64,000 bases of DNA from Thermoproteota archaeon (GTDB lineage Archaea; Korarchaeota; Korarchaeia; Korarchaeales; JAOZGB01). How positions within the stretch are numbered: position 1 is the first letter of the stretch; each line of letters starts with the position of its first letter. Location of the stretch: positions 160,001 to 224,000 of the forward strand of contig JAVCBU010000012.1 in assembly GCA_037917685.1 (NCBI GenBank). Direction: 5' to 3'. This document shows positions 18,310-26,969 of the stretch, in pieces. The translations under genes were made by a program, and so were the position numbers. Under the pieces are notes generated by a model. That model saw only the letters and a list, made by a program, of their open reading frames with translations, was not told the origin of the DNA and ran no database searches.

Positions 18310-18729
18310 CTATTCTGTTATTCTTTTAACACCTTCTATCTTGTCATAGTCTGTGTCATAACTATATATCTCGTTTATGCCGTGTTTCCGCATTATCTCT
18401 ACGGCTAGAGCGTCGTTCACCCCTATTTCTTCTTCAGAAGCCATGGCTGTTGCTAGCCTGTATTCCCCGCTGGTTACGTCCCATACTTTCACGTTTGGGA
18501 GTGTAATTATTGACTTTACGATTTCTATGGATTGCTTGAGGGGTATCCTTGCCTCAAGTATATTTGCGACTTCGGACAGGTGGACCACTGTTGTGGCCAC
18601 CTTCTCCCCTTCCTCTATCCTGCCGATTATCTTCTTGGCGTTTTCCTTTAGGGTTTTCAGTTTGCTTGGAAGTTCCTTCTTTGGCTTTAAGTATGCATAT
18701 AGGAATACAGATGCGTCGACGAATCTCAT
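18310..18729 (-). CDS. vapC: VapC PIN-domain toxin
   Basis: FVDASVFL, HLSEV, NDAL, IYSYDTDYD. Confidence 0.9.
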   Translation of the reverse strand: MRFVDASVFLYAYLKPKKELPSKLKTLKENAKKIIGRIEEGEKVATTVVHLSEVANILEARIPLKQSIEIVKSIITLPNVKVWDVTSGEYRLATAMASEEEIGVNDALAVEIMRKHGINEIYSYDTDYDKIEGVKRITE

Positions 18730-18960
18730 TTAACCAGCCAGTAAAGCATTTTTAAGCCTGTTGTAGTCTGAGAAGGCTTCTGGAGGTATGTCAACCTCTA
18801 CTAAGTCGAAGAACGAGGTTAAATTCTTCCTCCTGACAGGTGTAATTGTAAGGATGTCACCTCTAACAATAGCTAGGACTACCCTGTCCCTTAGTTTGGA
18901 CCTAAACTCTTTGGGAAGAACTATTCTACCATTTTTATCCACATTTAGATATTTGACCAT
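18730..18960 (-). CDS. vapB: AbrB-type VapB antitoxin
   Basis: VDKNGRIVLPKEFR motif; abuts vapC; ATG 18960 preferred; four ccata repeats at 18957-18995 may be operators. Confidence 0.8.
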   Translation of the reverse strand: MVKYLNVDKNGRIVLPKEFRSKLRDRVVLAIVRGDILTITPVRRKNLTSFFDLVEVDIPPEAFSDYNRLKNALLAG

Positions 18961-19370
18961 ATCCATAATTTCCCATATTAAAATAATCCTCCATATTTTA
19001 ATATTTTCCACATCTCTATGGCTGGCGGTTATGGTTTGTTAAAATGTACCTCTCCGTTGTTGAGGTTTCCCACATGCTGAGCTTTCAGGCTTTGACATGC
19101 GGCTATCCAGCCTGTGTTTCCCGCGTATCAGGTAAATCATGCGGATGTTATAGTTAGGATTAAAGGGTGAACTGAGACATATACCAGGACTAATTAGGTT
19201 AATTGGATGAACAAACCGCTTAGATTTTAGCCGGTGCATACCTGAAATTTTGGTGTTAGAGTACGCTATGATCCGGGGGTTTCCGTCGTGTCCCCAAGTC
19301 CGGAAGATGTTAAATATTGGGTGTGGGCTTATAGGTTTAGAAAAGCTGTGGCATGTGAGGATTGGTATAA

Positions 19371-20600
19371 TTGCCTATGAAGATTAGTCAGAGTCTATGT
19401 GTGTCTTGTAAGGGTAGCAGAAAGCTTTGTGGAAGGCCTGTTTGCCCAATCCTTCTAAGGCTTAAAAGCCAGGTAGAAGTTTCAGGCAGGGTTAGCGGCC
19501 GTTTTGTTTACGGGGATTCTCCACCCTCAGCCCTTGTAGGCGAATGGGGGTATCCAAGGGTTAGGGTGGGGCCGTCCGTTGTACCCTTTATAAGCGTGGA
19601 GGCTTCTCTCTATGATAATCCTGAAAGATGGTGGGGGAACATAGGGCTTGAGGATATTATAAGGCTTAGATCTACACAGGTTTACTCATTCTTTACCACC
19701 AGGATCCGGCGGCTTGCGGCGAACAAGCTTCTGGAATCCGTGAGAGAGATTTCACTGTCTTCAAGGCCTGTCTACACGGAAGCTGAGCTTTCTAAGCCTC
19801 CGAGGGTTAGATTATGGTTTGACGGGGTGCTGGCCCCTGTCGGTCCTACGGGGTGGGCTAAGAGTCTTAGCGTTGATAATCCTCATGTTCCAAGACGTGT
19901 TGACCAGCTGGTTAGCGATGTTGATGCTAAAGCTAGGGTTGCCGCTGTTGAGCTTTACAACGCTGGGATATCCGTCTATCATATTGTTAGGCTTCTCCAG
20001 GCAGGCCTTCTCGGGGTTAGGGTTGAAAGACGGCTTGTCCCTACGAGATGGGCTATAACAGCGGTTGACAGTATGCTTGGAGACGAGCTGAAAAGGAAGG
20101 TTAGATATTACAAGGAGCTTGGAAGCCTGCTTCTATTCCATACAGATTACATTGGGAACCATTATGAGATTCTGCTTCTGCCGGGTGTGTACATGCTTGA
20201 AGTTGTTGAGGTGTGGCTTCCGAGAAGCGTGTGGGTTAAGGGTGGGAAGCCTTACATAGCTTCGAACGTGGAAACCCTGTATACAAAAGGGTTCAAGTTT
20301 ATGGATGGGGGGCATTACGCTATGAGACTGCCCATTCTCGAGTATCTACACAAGATTAGACGCCAGGCTACAGTACTCGCGGTGAGAGAGGTCAGACCCG
20401 AGTACTATGCTCCGGTTGGATGCTGGCAGATTAGAGAGAGTGTTCGAAACGCTTTAAGGGGAGAGCCTGAAAAGCCTGAAACTATAGGGGAGGCCTTAGA
20501 GCTTATGTCAGGCAGGCTTAAGGCCAGTTTAGAATTGATTGTTAAGTCTTCAAGCATAGCTATGGGATACGGGAGACAGAGAAAGCTGATAGACTACTAG
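19371..20600 (+). CDS. nreA: Nre-family DNA repair protein (DUF650/DUF651)
   Basis: CVSCKG..LCGRPVCP zinc finger, SPPS..VGEWGYP, LVPTRWAITAVD, Y.PVG.WQIRE, C-terminal PIP box RQRKLIDY. Confidence 0.92.
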   Translation: MPMKISQSLCVSCKGSRKLCGRPVCPILLRLKSQVEVSGRVSGRFVYGDSPPSALVGEWGYPRVRVGPSVVPFISVEASLYDNPERWWGNIGLEDIIRLRSTQVYSFFTTRIRRLAANKLLESVREISLSSRPVYTEAELSKPPRVRLWFDGVLAPVGPTGWAKSLSVDNPHVPRRVDQLVSDVDAKARVAAVELYNAGISVYHIVRLLQAGLLGVRVERRLVPTRWAITAVDSMLGDELKRKVRYYKELGSLLLFHTDYIGNHYEILLLPGVYMLEVVEVWLPRSVWVKGGKPYIASNVETLYTKGFKFMDGGHYAMRLPILEYLHKIRRQATVLAVREVRPEYYAPVGCWQIRESVRNALRGEPEKPETIGEALELMSGRLKASLELIVKSSSIAMGYGRQRKLIDY

Positions 20601-20627
20601 GCAACATGCAACTTTCGCCTCGATAAA

Positions 20628-20722
20628 ACTTTAAGGGGGAGGTAAATGTCCAGGGGGCACTTTTAAGGGGGAGTAAATGTTCTATTTAGAATGTAACTGT
20701 TATGATAATACCATATTATGGT
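20628..20722. promoter_or_regulatory. Direct repeats with G-strings plus a palindrome upstream of the PolB2 operon
   Basis: actttaagggggaggtaaatgt (20628-20649), acttttaagggggagtaaatgt (20659-20680), accata-t-tatggt (20710-20722). Confidence 0.55.
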
Positions 20723-20841
20723 TTCTACCTTATCTCATGTGTGAATTAGACATGTAAACTTACTTTAAGGTGGTCTCTCTACGTATGAATTATCCTGTTA
20801 AATATTTCTTGAAGTTACGTGCGGCAATTAATAGATGTTAA

Positions 20842-21465
20842 ATGTTCGTTCAGGCTCTCACCATAAGCTACACACACCTATCTACCGGCTTCGAGAGACT
20901 TGACAGGCTCCTTGGCGGTGGTTTAGACCCAGCCTTGACCGTGTTTAACGGGTGTAGGAAGACTGTTCTTAGGCTTGGGCATTACATCGCCGTGTCAGCC
21001 TTGTCCTCCCAGAGAGAGGTTTACTACGTCTGTTGTAATAATGGCTTTGACCCATATTTGATCGGGGAGATTTCAGAGTGGGCTGGGCTTGACGCTTTAG
21101 ATACACTTTCAAGAATATTTATTGCGAGGGCTTTCAACAGGTACCAGTTTAGGGACATAATTGGGAGAGAGATGGAATGCGGCCTTATCATCCTGGAATC
21201 CCCTTTTACCGTAGACAGAGAGGCATGGCGTCTAATCCCAAAGATGATTAATTCGACACCTATAGTAGTTTTAAATCATGCTGGAACCTGTATCCATGGA
21301 TATAACAACCTGCCTGGCGTGGTTGTTCAGGTTAAGGGTTTAACCAGGGATCTTTGCGAAGCCTCACTGGTGAGACACCCGTCAATGCCGGAGTCATGTA
21401 CGGTCTTTAGTTTTAGCAGCTTTATGACTTATGAAAGGCATGCCATAATCCCTGATTACTGGTGA
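20842..21465 (+). CDS. Inactivated RadA/RecA-like protein associated with PolB2
   Basis: LSTGFERLDRLLGGGL start, degenerate Walker A, NGFDPY, IFIARAFNRYQ. Confidence 0.75.
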   Translation: MFVQALTISYTHLSTGFERLDRLLGGGLDPALTVFNGCRKTVLRLGHYIAVSALSSQREVYYVCCNNGFDPYLIGEISEWAGLDALDTLSRIFIARAFNRYQFRDIIGREMECGLIILESPFTVDREAWRLIPKMINSTPIVVLNHAGTCIHGYNNLPGVVVQVKGLTRDLCEASLVRHPSMPESCTVFSFSSFMTYERHAIIPDYW

Positions 21466-21469
21466 TTTT

Positions 21470-21721
21470 ATGGGGAGAACCGTGCCCACTTTTAGGAGGA
21501 AACTTGTAGAGGAGATTGAAACATGGAGGGCTATGGCTAGGGCTTTAAAGAGTAAGGATGATACTGAGGCTTTTAACCAGATAGTGAGGAAGGCGTTGGA
21601 GCTGTCAGACTCGGCTGGGCTTTTGTGTAAGCCTAGGCCGGCCGAGGCAGCTCTTATAGCTATATGTGTGGCGCTACAAAGGGAGATTAACGATATTAAG
21701 AGAGAGATCAAGGGTGGATAG
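21470..21721 (+). CDS. Small helical PolB2-associated protein (arCOG07300-like)
   Basis: MGRTVPTFR...W....RAL...D..AF signature; immediately precedes polB2. Confidence 0.75.
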   Translation: MGRTVPTFRRKLVEEIETWRAMARALKSKDDTEAFNQIVRKALELSDSAGLLCKPRPAEAALIAICVALQREINDIKREIKGG

Positions 21722-23662
21722 ATGGTTGAGGGTTACTTACTTGATCTCTACCCGGATGGTCCATGGATGGTTTTATGGGTGAAGGTTGGAGGTGAAACGA
21801 GGGTTTTTAGGCATAGGTTTACCCTGCCATTTTACATATTACCTGGAAGGCTTGAACTTGAGGAGGCTACCAGTATAATTAGGGGTGACACGTATGTTGA
21901 AGGTGTATCTGTAGAGGAGTGGCAGGTTGGGCTTAAGGGCTGTGTTAGGGAGGTTATTAGGGTTGATGTTTCGGAGGTAAAATATGCGCGTAGGCTTATC
22001 TCTAGGTTTAGATATTTCGACCCTGAAGCTGAATACTACTATTATGATGTTCCTGTAGACGTCTATTACCTCTATGTTCACGGTGTGATGCCAGCCTCGA
22101 AAATCCTTGTGGAGGATTCGAACGGTGTAGTTAAAGCTATAAGACAGGTTGAGGATGACCGTGTGGACTATGATCCTCCCCCATTCACCATTTTACAGGC
22201 TGTAGACAGGGATATTGAGCGTTTAATAGGCGGTTTGGATCCTGACATTATCGTTGCCCCGGCATCCGTGGTTTACGGTTTGAGGGGGGTTTGTAGAGAT
22301 GAATTTAGAAGTCCTAGAGTTTTTAGAGGATATGTCCGGGTTTATGGTAGGGTGTTTGTTGATCCTGGTCTGGCTTTGCCTGTCGGATTGCATGGTTTGT
22401 ACGAGCTTTCGAGGGTATCTATGTTGCCCCTGTCCAGGGCTGCTTCATCCAAGCTAGGGGCTTTCATTAATAGTGCTGAGATGTATGAGGCTTATAAGAG
22501 GAAAATACTTGTACCAAGGCAAGCCGGTATAGGTGAGCAGTTTAGAAACGGGCTAAGCTTGATGAAATGCGACAGGGGAGGCTTACATCTCCAGTGCAAG
22601 CCTGGTGTATATTGGATGGTTGCTGAGTATGACTATGTGAGCCTGTATCCAAGTATAATGGCTAAGATGAATATTTCTCCTGAGACTGTAAACTGTGAGT
22701 GCTGCAGAAAAGACGCCCCCAGGGTTCCGGGCCTAGAATACTGGGTGTGCACTAGAAGGAGAGGGCTTGTCTCAACGGTTGTTTCCAGGCTCCTTGAAAG
22801 GAGGAGGAAGCTGAGGCTGATTTTAGACAGGGCATACTACTATAGGATGAGGGATTCTGCTTTAAAATGGATGCTATGTGCATGTTTTGGGTATTTGGGG
22901 TATAAGAAAGCTAGGTTTGGACGTGTTGAGGGACACCAGTGTATTTCCGCCTATGCTAGAGAGGTCATGCTCCGCTCAGTTGAGGTTGCAAGGAGTAAGG
23001 GGCTAAGAGTTATCTACGGAGTTGTAGACTCAGTCTTCGTGGAGGGGGGTGATGTCGAGCTGTACAAGAAATTACCGAGAGAACTAGAGTTGGCTACTGG
23101 CTTTGAGGTGAGGCTTGAAAACATTTATAGGTGGATAGTTTTCCTCGAGTCCAAAAGAACCAGAGGAATCAGCGCACTTTCGAGATACTATGGTAAAACT
23201 TTAGACGGGAGAGTTAAGGTTCGCGGAATAGAACTCAGAAGCAGGAGTACTCCTAGAATTGTCAAAAGACTACAACAGAACATTATTAAAGTTCTCAGTA
23301 GCGCTGATACACCGCGAGAGCTTTACATGAAGAGTTATGAATGCCTCAAGGTTATTGAAAAGTGGGTTAGTATTATTGAGGAGGGTAAGGTCAAAAATGA
23401 GGAGTTAGCTTTCAGAGTTAGGCTTTCCAAAGAGAGCTATGTGTCCATGCAACCCTATTATAAGGCAGCTTTAAAACTTAGGGAGGAAGGGTTTAGGGTT
23501 AGACTTGGCCAGGATGTGGAGTACATCTTTTCCCCGTCCGGCCCTATACCCTTGAAGCTGGCCGATGAAGGATGGTATGACAGGAAATACTATGCTAGGC
23601 TTGCCGCGGAGTCAGCTCAACAATTGGTTAGGCCGATCTTAATGTTAAACAGTAAGCTTTAA
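21722..23662 (+). CDS. polB2: Family B DNA polymerase, PolB2/Dpo2 group
   Basis: DRGG, motif A YDYVSLYPSIM, NISPET.NC.CC, motif B KWMLCACFGYLG, motif C variant YGVVDS; degenerate exonuclease region. Confidence 0.9.
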   Translation: MVEGYLLDLYPDGPWMVLWVKVGGETRVFRHRFTLPFYILPGRLELEEATSIIRGDTYVEGVSVEEWQVGLKGCVREVIRVDVSEVKYARRLISRFRYFDPEAEYYYYDVPVDVYYLYVHGVMPASKILVEDSNGVVKAIRQVEDDRVDYDPPPFTILQAVDRDIERLIGGLDPDIIVAPASVVYGLRGVCRDEFRSPRVFRGYVRVYGRVFVDPGLALPVGLHGLYELSRVSMLPLSRAASSKLGAFINSAEMYEAYKRKILVPRQAGIGEQFRNGLSLMKCDRGGLHLQCKPGVYWMVAEYDYVSLYPSIMAKMNISPETVNCECCRKDAPRVPGLEYWVCTRRRGLVSTVVSRLLERRRKLRLILDRAYYYRMRDSALKWMLCACFGYLGYKKARFGRVEGHQCISAYAREVMLRSVEVARSKGLRVIYGVVDSVFVEGGDVELYKKLPRELELATGFEVRLENIYRWIVFLESKRTRGISALSRYYGKTLDGRVKVRGIELRSRSTPRIVKRLQQNIIKVLSSADTPRELYMKSYECLKVIEKWVSIIEEGKVKNEELAFRVRLSKESYVSMQPYYKAALKLREEGFRVRLGQDVEYIFSPSGPIPLKLADEGWYDRKYYARLAAESAQQLVRPILMLNSKL

Positions 23663-23688
23663 TTTTAGGATGGCTTCGCTTTCTTACC

Positions 23689-24816
23689 TTGAGATGTATA
23701 CCTTTCCTTGTTATAAGAGAGGGATGGCCGGGTGGAGAGGTTGAATCAGCTGCTGCTTTTTCGCTGATAGCCGCTCATAGAAGGGGAAAATTTTTCAAGG
23801 AGAAGGTCAAGCTCATTTCTAAGCTTTATCTTACCTTGAGAGGTGTGGTTTCGGGAGAGTTGAATGCTCTATTCGATTCGTCTGGAACCTACGTCTATAA
23901 AGTCTGGGTGGGATCACCTGAGAGAGTGCTGGAGGCTGAAACAATTGTTTCAAAGCCCGACGTGGATGTTTATAGCATGAGTTCCATGTTGAGTAAAGCC
24001 CTGAGAATCGTCAAGGAAAGTATGCGGAGCATATCTTGTTTAGGGATGCTTCCAATAGGGTGCTGGAAATGGATAACTGAAGAAAGGATATTAGATGCGG
24101 ATAGCCCTCTCGGAACCCTTATACCAGAGGGGCTGCCATATGAGGCAGCACGCTCAAGCCTTGAAAAATTTTCGGAGAAGGTTAGAAAACTCGGAGAGGA
24201 GATCCCATTCTTACGTGGGGCTCTTGCAACGTTACACTCGGTTAAGGTTGCATGGAATAGTAGAATCGACAATGAACTTGAGACATTAGACTCGTTGTAC
24301 AGGAGGAAACCTGACGAAAAGGTTAGAGCAAAGATGGAGATTTTAAAAAGAGAAAAGAAGGAATCGAACCGTCTTTTCGAGGAATTATTCACAACCATCG
24401 AAAGGATGATTAAAACTCGTGAAAACCTCTTTGTTGATGTTAGACAAGGAGTGACGGACTTTACAATGGTTAGAATTCCCTTTTACATCGCAGCCTTTGA
24501 GTCAGGGGGCCGAGAAAGATTCGTAGTTATTCCGCCTTTACGGGTATACACGCGAGATGAAATTTTGGAGTTAGAGAAGAAACCTAGTGTTATGCTAACG
24601 CACAGACATGAATTTTGCAAAAGTTTAGGAGAAATCATTCACAGGGAACTTTCAGGTAGAGGTGCTCTTAGAACTTGGATAAGACTCAACATGAGTAAAA
24701 TAGAGCTCAGAAGCAGAAGAATTAAAGAAATGGTGATGGAAGGCATGGAGACCCTGCTAAGGCTTGAAATAGTTGACAAGGACATGGAGAGATCCGTTTA
24801 CTCTCTACTTAAATAA
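23689..24816 (+). CDS. Hypothetical protein with central coiled coil
   Basis: 375-aa ORF with normal codon use; helical middle flanked by alpha/beta segments (KLISKLYL; IPFYIAAFE...RFVVIPP). Confidence 0.7.
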   Translation: MRCIPFLVIREGWPGGEVESAAAFSLIAAHRRGKFFKEKVKLISKLYLTLRGVVSGELNALFDSSGTYVYKVWVGSPERVLEAETIVSKPDVDVYSMSSMLSKALRIVKESMRSISCLGMLPIGCWKWITEERILDADSPLGTLIPEGLPYEAARSSLEKFSEKVRKLGEEIPFLRGALATLHSVKVAWNSRIDNELETLDSLYRRKPDEKVRAKMEILKREKKESNRLFEELFTTIERMIKTRENLFVDVRQGVTDFTMVRIPFYIAAFESGGRERFVVIPPLRVYTRDEILELEKKPSVMLTHRHEFCKSLGEIIHRELSGRGALRTWIRLNMSKIELRSRRIKEMVMEGMETLLRLEIVDKDMERSVYSLLK

Positions 24817-25000
24817 CTTTCCCTAACCTTTACTCTCTACTAAATAAATCTTTCCTCATCAAATCTGAATCAAATCTAAGGGATGAAAACCAACTCTCCT
24901 GGGGTTTGAGAGCCTCTTAGGATAGAATATGGTCTCCGCTTGGCACATTACATTTTAAAGATTAAGGTGTTACTGATGCTAGGAAGTATTAGGGTTCAAG

Positions 25001-26209
25001 GTGAAATACTTGGCTGACCTATCCGTGGAAGTTGCAGGTATAAAGTTTAAAAATCCAATATGGACTGCAGCCGGCCCGGTTTCATGGTGTGGAGATATAC
25101 TTAGAAAGGCTGCGGAAAACGGAGCTGGAGGACTTGTGTGTAAGACGATCAGTGTGAGGCCTGCAGATGTCCCGAGGCCAAACATGGCTCTTGTTGACAG
25201 GGGCGGGTCCCCGGTATACTTCAACCTTGCTGTGGATGGCCGGGTTATAAGAGTATCTACCTCCTACGTTAGACTTATAAGAGGAATGCTTAACGCAGAA
25301 CTTTGGAGCGAACTCCCAGCTGAAAGATGGCTTGAAAAAGAGTATAACATTGCGAAGGCGACAGGTTTACCGGTAATTGCCAGCATAGGGTATACAGCCG
25401 AGGAGCTTAAGGAATTAGGACCTAAAGTACAGAGAGCTGGTGTAGACGCGATAGAATTCTCGCTTCACTATCTTGGTGTAGATTATAGACCTATGATAGA
25501 GATAGCGAAAGCCCTCAGAGAGTCTGTGGATATACCAATATTTGCCAAGGTAAGCCCGCACATCGTAAACCTACGGGAGTTTGCAGCTGAACTCGAACGG
25601 GTCGGAGTTAATGGTATAGTAGCTATAAACAGCCTTGGACCCTGTCTATCGATAGATATTGATACGGGAAAGCCGCTGCTGGGAGGAAAAGGGGGCTACG
25701 GCTGGCTTTCAGGGCCTGCAATAAAGCCTCTAGGAATAAGATGCGTTGCCGACATAGCAAGGGCTGTTAATATTCCCGTCATAGGCGTCGGAGGAGTTGC
25801 CTCTGGAAGGGATGCTATGGAATACATCATGGCCGGCGCGTCAGCCGTACAAATCTGCACACAGGGGATCATTGAGGGGCCGAAGGTCTACGGTAGAGTT
25901 GCAAATGAGCTTAAAATGTTAATGGAAGAAAAGGGTTATGAAAGTATTGAGGACTTCAGAGGCATAGCCTTGAAGTACCTGCCGGAAGAACCCGTCAAGA
26001 TGAAGAAATCACCTGTGATCGATGAAGACTCGTGTAGGGCATGTGGACTTTGTGCTGAGTCATGCATGTATGGGGCGGTAAGTCCTATTGGAGATCCGCC
26101 AAGGGCTTACCGTATAAATGAAAACTTATGTGAGAGATGTGGCTTGTGTATGACAATCTGTCCAGTTAAAGCTGTAAAGCCAGGTGAGGAAATATGGCAA
26201 AGCTCCTAG
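25001..26209 (+). CDS. Dihydroorotate/dihydropyrimidine dehydrogenase-like (PreA-type) flavoprotein with C-terminal 2x[4Fe-4S]
   Basis: KNPIWTAAGP, CKT, AKVSP, AINS, GWLSGPAIKP, IGVGGV, AGASAVQ, two CxxCxxCxxxC motifs. Confidence 0.8.
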   Translation: MKYLADLSVEVAGIKFKNPIWTAAGPVSWCGDILRKAAENGAGGLVCKTISVRPADVPRPNMALVDRGGSPVYFNLAVDGRVIRVSTSYVRLIRGMLNAELWSELPAERWLEKEYNIAKATGLPVIASIGYTAEELKELGPKVQRAGVDAIEFSLHYLGVDYRPMIEIAKALRESVDIPIFAKVSPHIVNLREFAAELERVGVNGIVAINSLGPCLSIDIDTGKPLLGGKGGYGWLSGPAIKPLGIRCVADIARAVNIPVIGVGGVASGRDAMEYIMAGASAVQICTQGIIEGPKVYGRVANELKMLMEEKGYESIEDFRGIALKYLPEEPVKMKKSPVIDEDSCRACGLCAESCMYGAVSPIGDPPRAYRINENLCERCGLCMTICPVKAVKPGEEIWQSS

Positions 26210-26685
26210 TTGTATATCCTCATAGGTGCGCCGGCTGCCGGGTATGCGAGCTGGCATGCGTTGCATGGCATAACAAGTACTTCCAGCCTTCTAAGGCAAG
26301 GATTTACATAGCTAAATACGAAAGGGAAGGAATCGATATACCGATGGTATGCCAGCAATGTGAGAATCCACCCTGCAAACAGGCTTGTCCGACTGGTGCC
26401 ATTAGGCAGGACCCGGATCTTAGAAGGGTCGTAGTAGACTACGAGACCTGTATAGGTTGCAGGAGCTGCATGCAAGCCTGCCCATTCGGGGGTGTAACGT
26501 TTGATCCTGGGATAGGAAAAGTGCTAATATGCGATCTCTGCAATGGAAATCCAAGCTGTGTAGAGATATGCCCGACAGAAGCAGTTAAATACGTCGACGA
26601 GAAGGAGATAAGTTCGGAGCAGAGAAGAGAATCTGCTATAAAACTGGCGGCTCTCCTTCAGCACACAGGCTTGAAGGGTGAGTAA
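26194..26685 (+). CDS. 4x[4Fe-4S] electron-transfer subunit (AorA-like)
   Basis: CAGCRVCELAC, CQQCENPPC, CIGCRSCMQACP, CDLC. Confidence 0.9.
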   Translation: MAKLLVVYPHRCAGCRVCELACVAWHNKYFQPSKARIYIAKYEREGIDIPMVCQQCENPPCKQACPTGAIRQDPDLRRVVVDYETCIGCRSCMQACPFGGVTFDPGIGKVLICDLCNGNPSCVEICPTEAVKYVDEKEISSEQRRESAIKLAALLQHTGLKGE

Positions 26686-26687
26686 CG

Positions 26688-26969
26688 ATGCCTATGGTTG
26701 AGGTTAGAATGTTCGGAACGCTTCGGGAGATCTCTGGTGTGAAGAGCATAAAAGTGGATGCCGAAACTGTTTGGGATGCGCTCAGAAAGGTTTCAAGGAA
26801 GTTTGGAGATGAATTTGAAAACGAACTCTTTCCGAAGGGTGAACTCACTGACTCCTATGCAGTTTTGTTGAATGGAAAAAATGTGATGTTAAATGAGGGC
26901 TTAAATATGAAAGTTAGATCAGGGGATGTTATAGCCATAATCCCGCCGGTTGGAGGTGGAAAATTATGA
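26688..26969 (+). CDS. MoaD/ThiS/SAMP ubiquitin-like sulfur carrier
   Basis: V.MFGTLRE..G, VLLNG, GDVIAIIPPVGGG(KL). Confidence 0.85.
   Translation: MPMVEVRMFGTLREISGVKSIKVDAETVWDALRKVSRKFGDEFENELFPKGELTDSYAVLLNGKNVMLNEGLNMKVRSGDVIAIIPPVGGGKL

Noticed and set aside
21722-23662. PolB with altered YGDTDS as a novel inactive polymerase
   Set aside because: This substitution pattern and operon are the known PolB2/Dpo2 group
24850-24930. Short atcaaatct repeat and a C/D-like stretch
   Set aside because: Only two 9-bp copies; no canonical CUGA boxes in the right spacing
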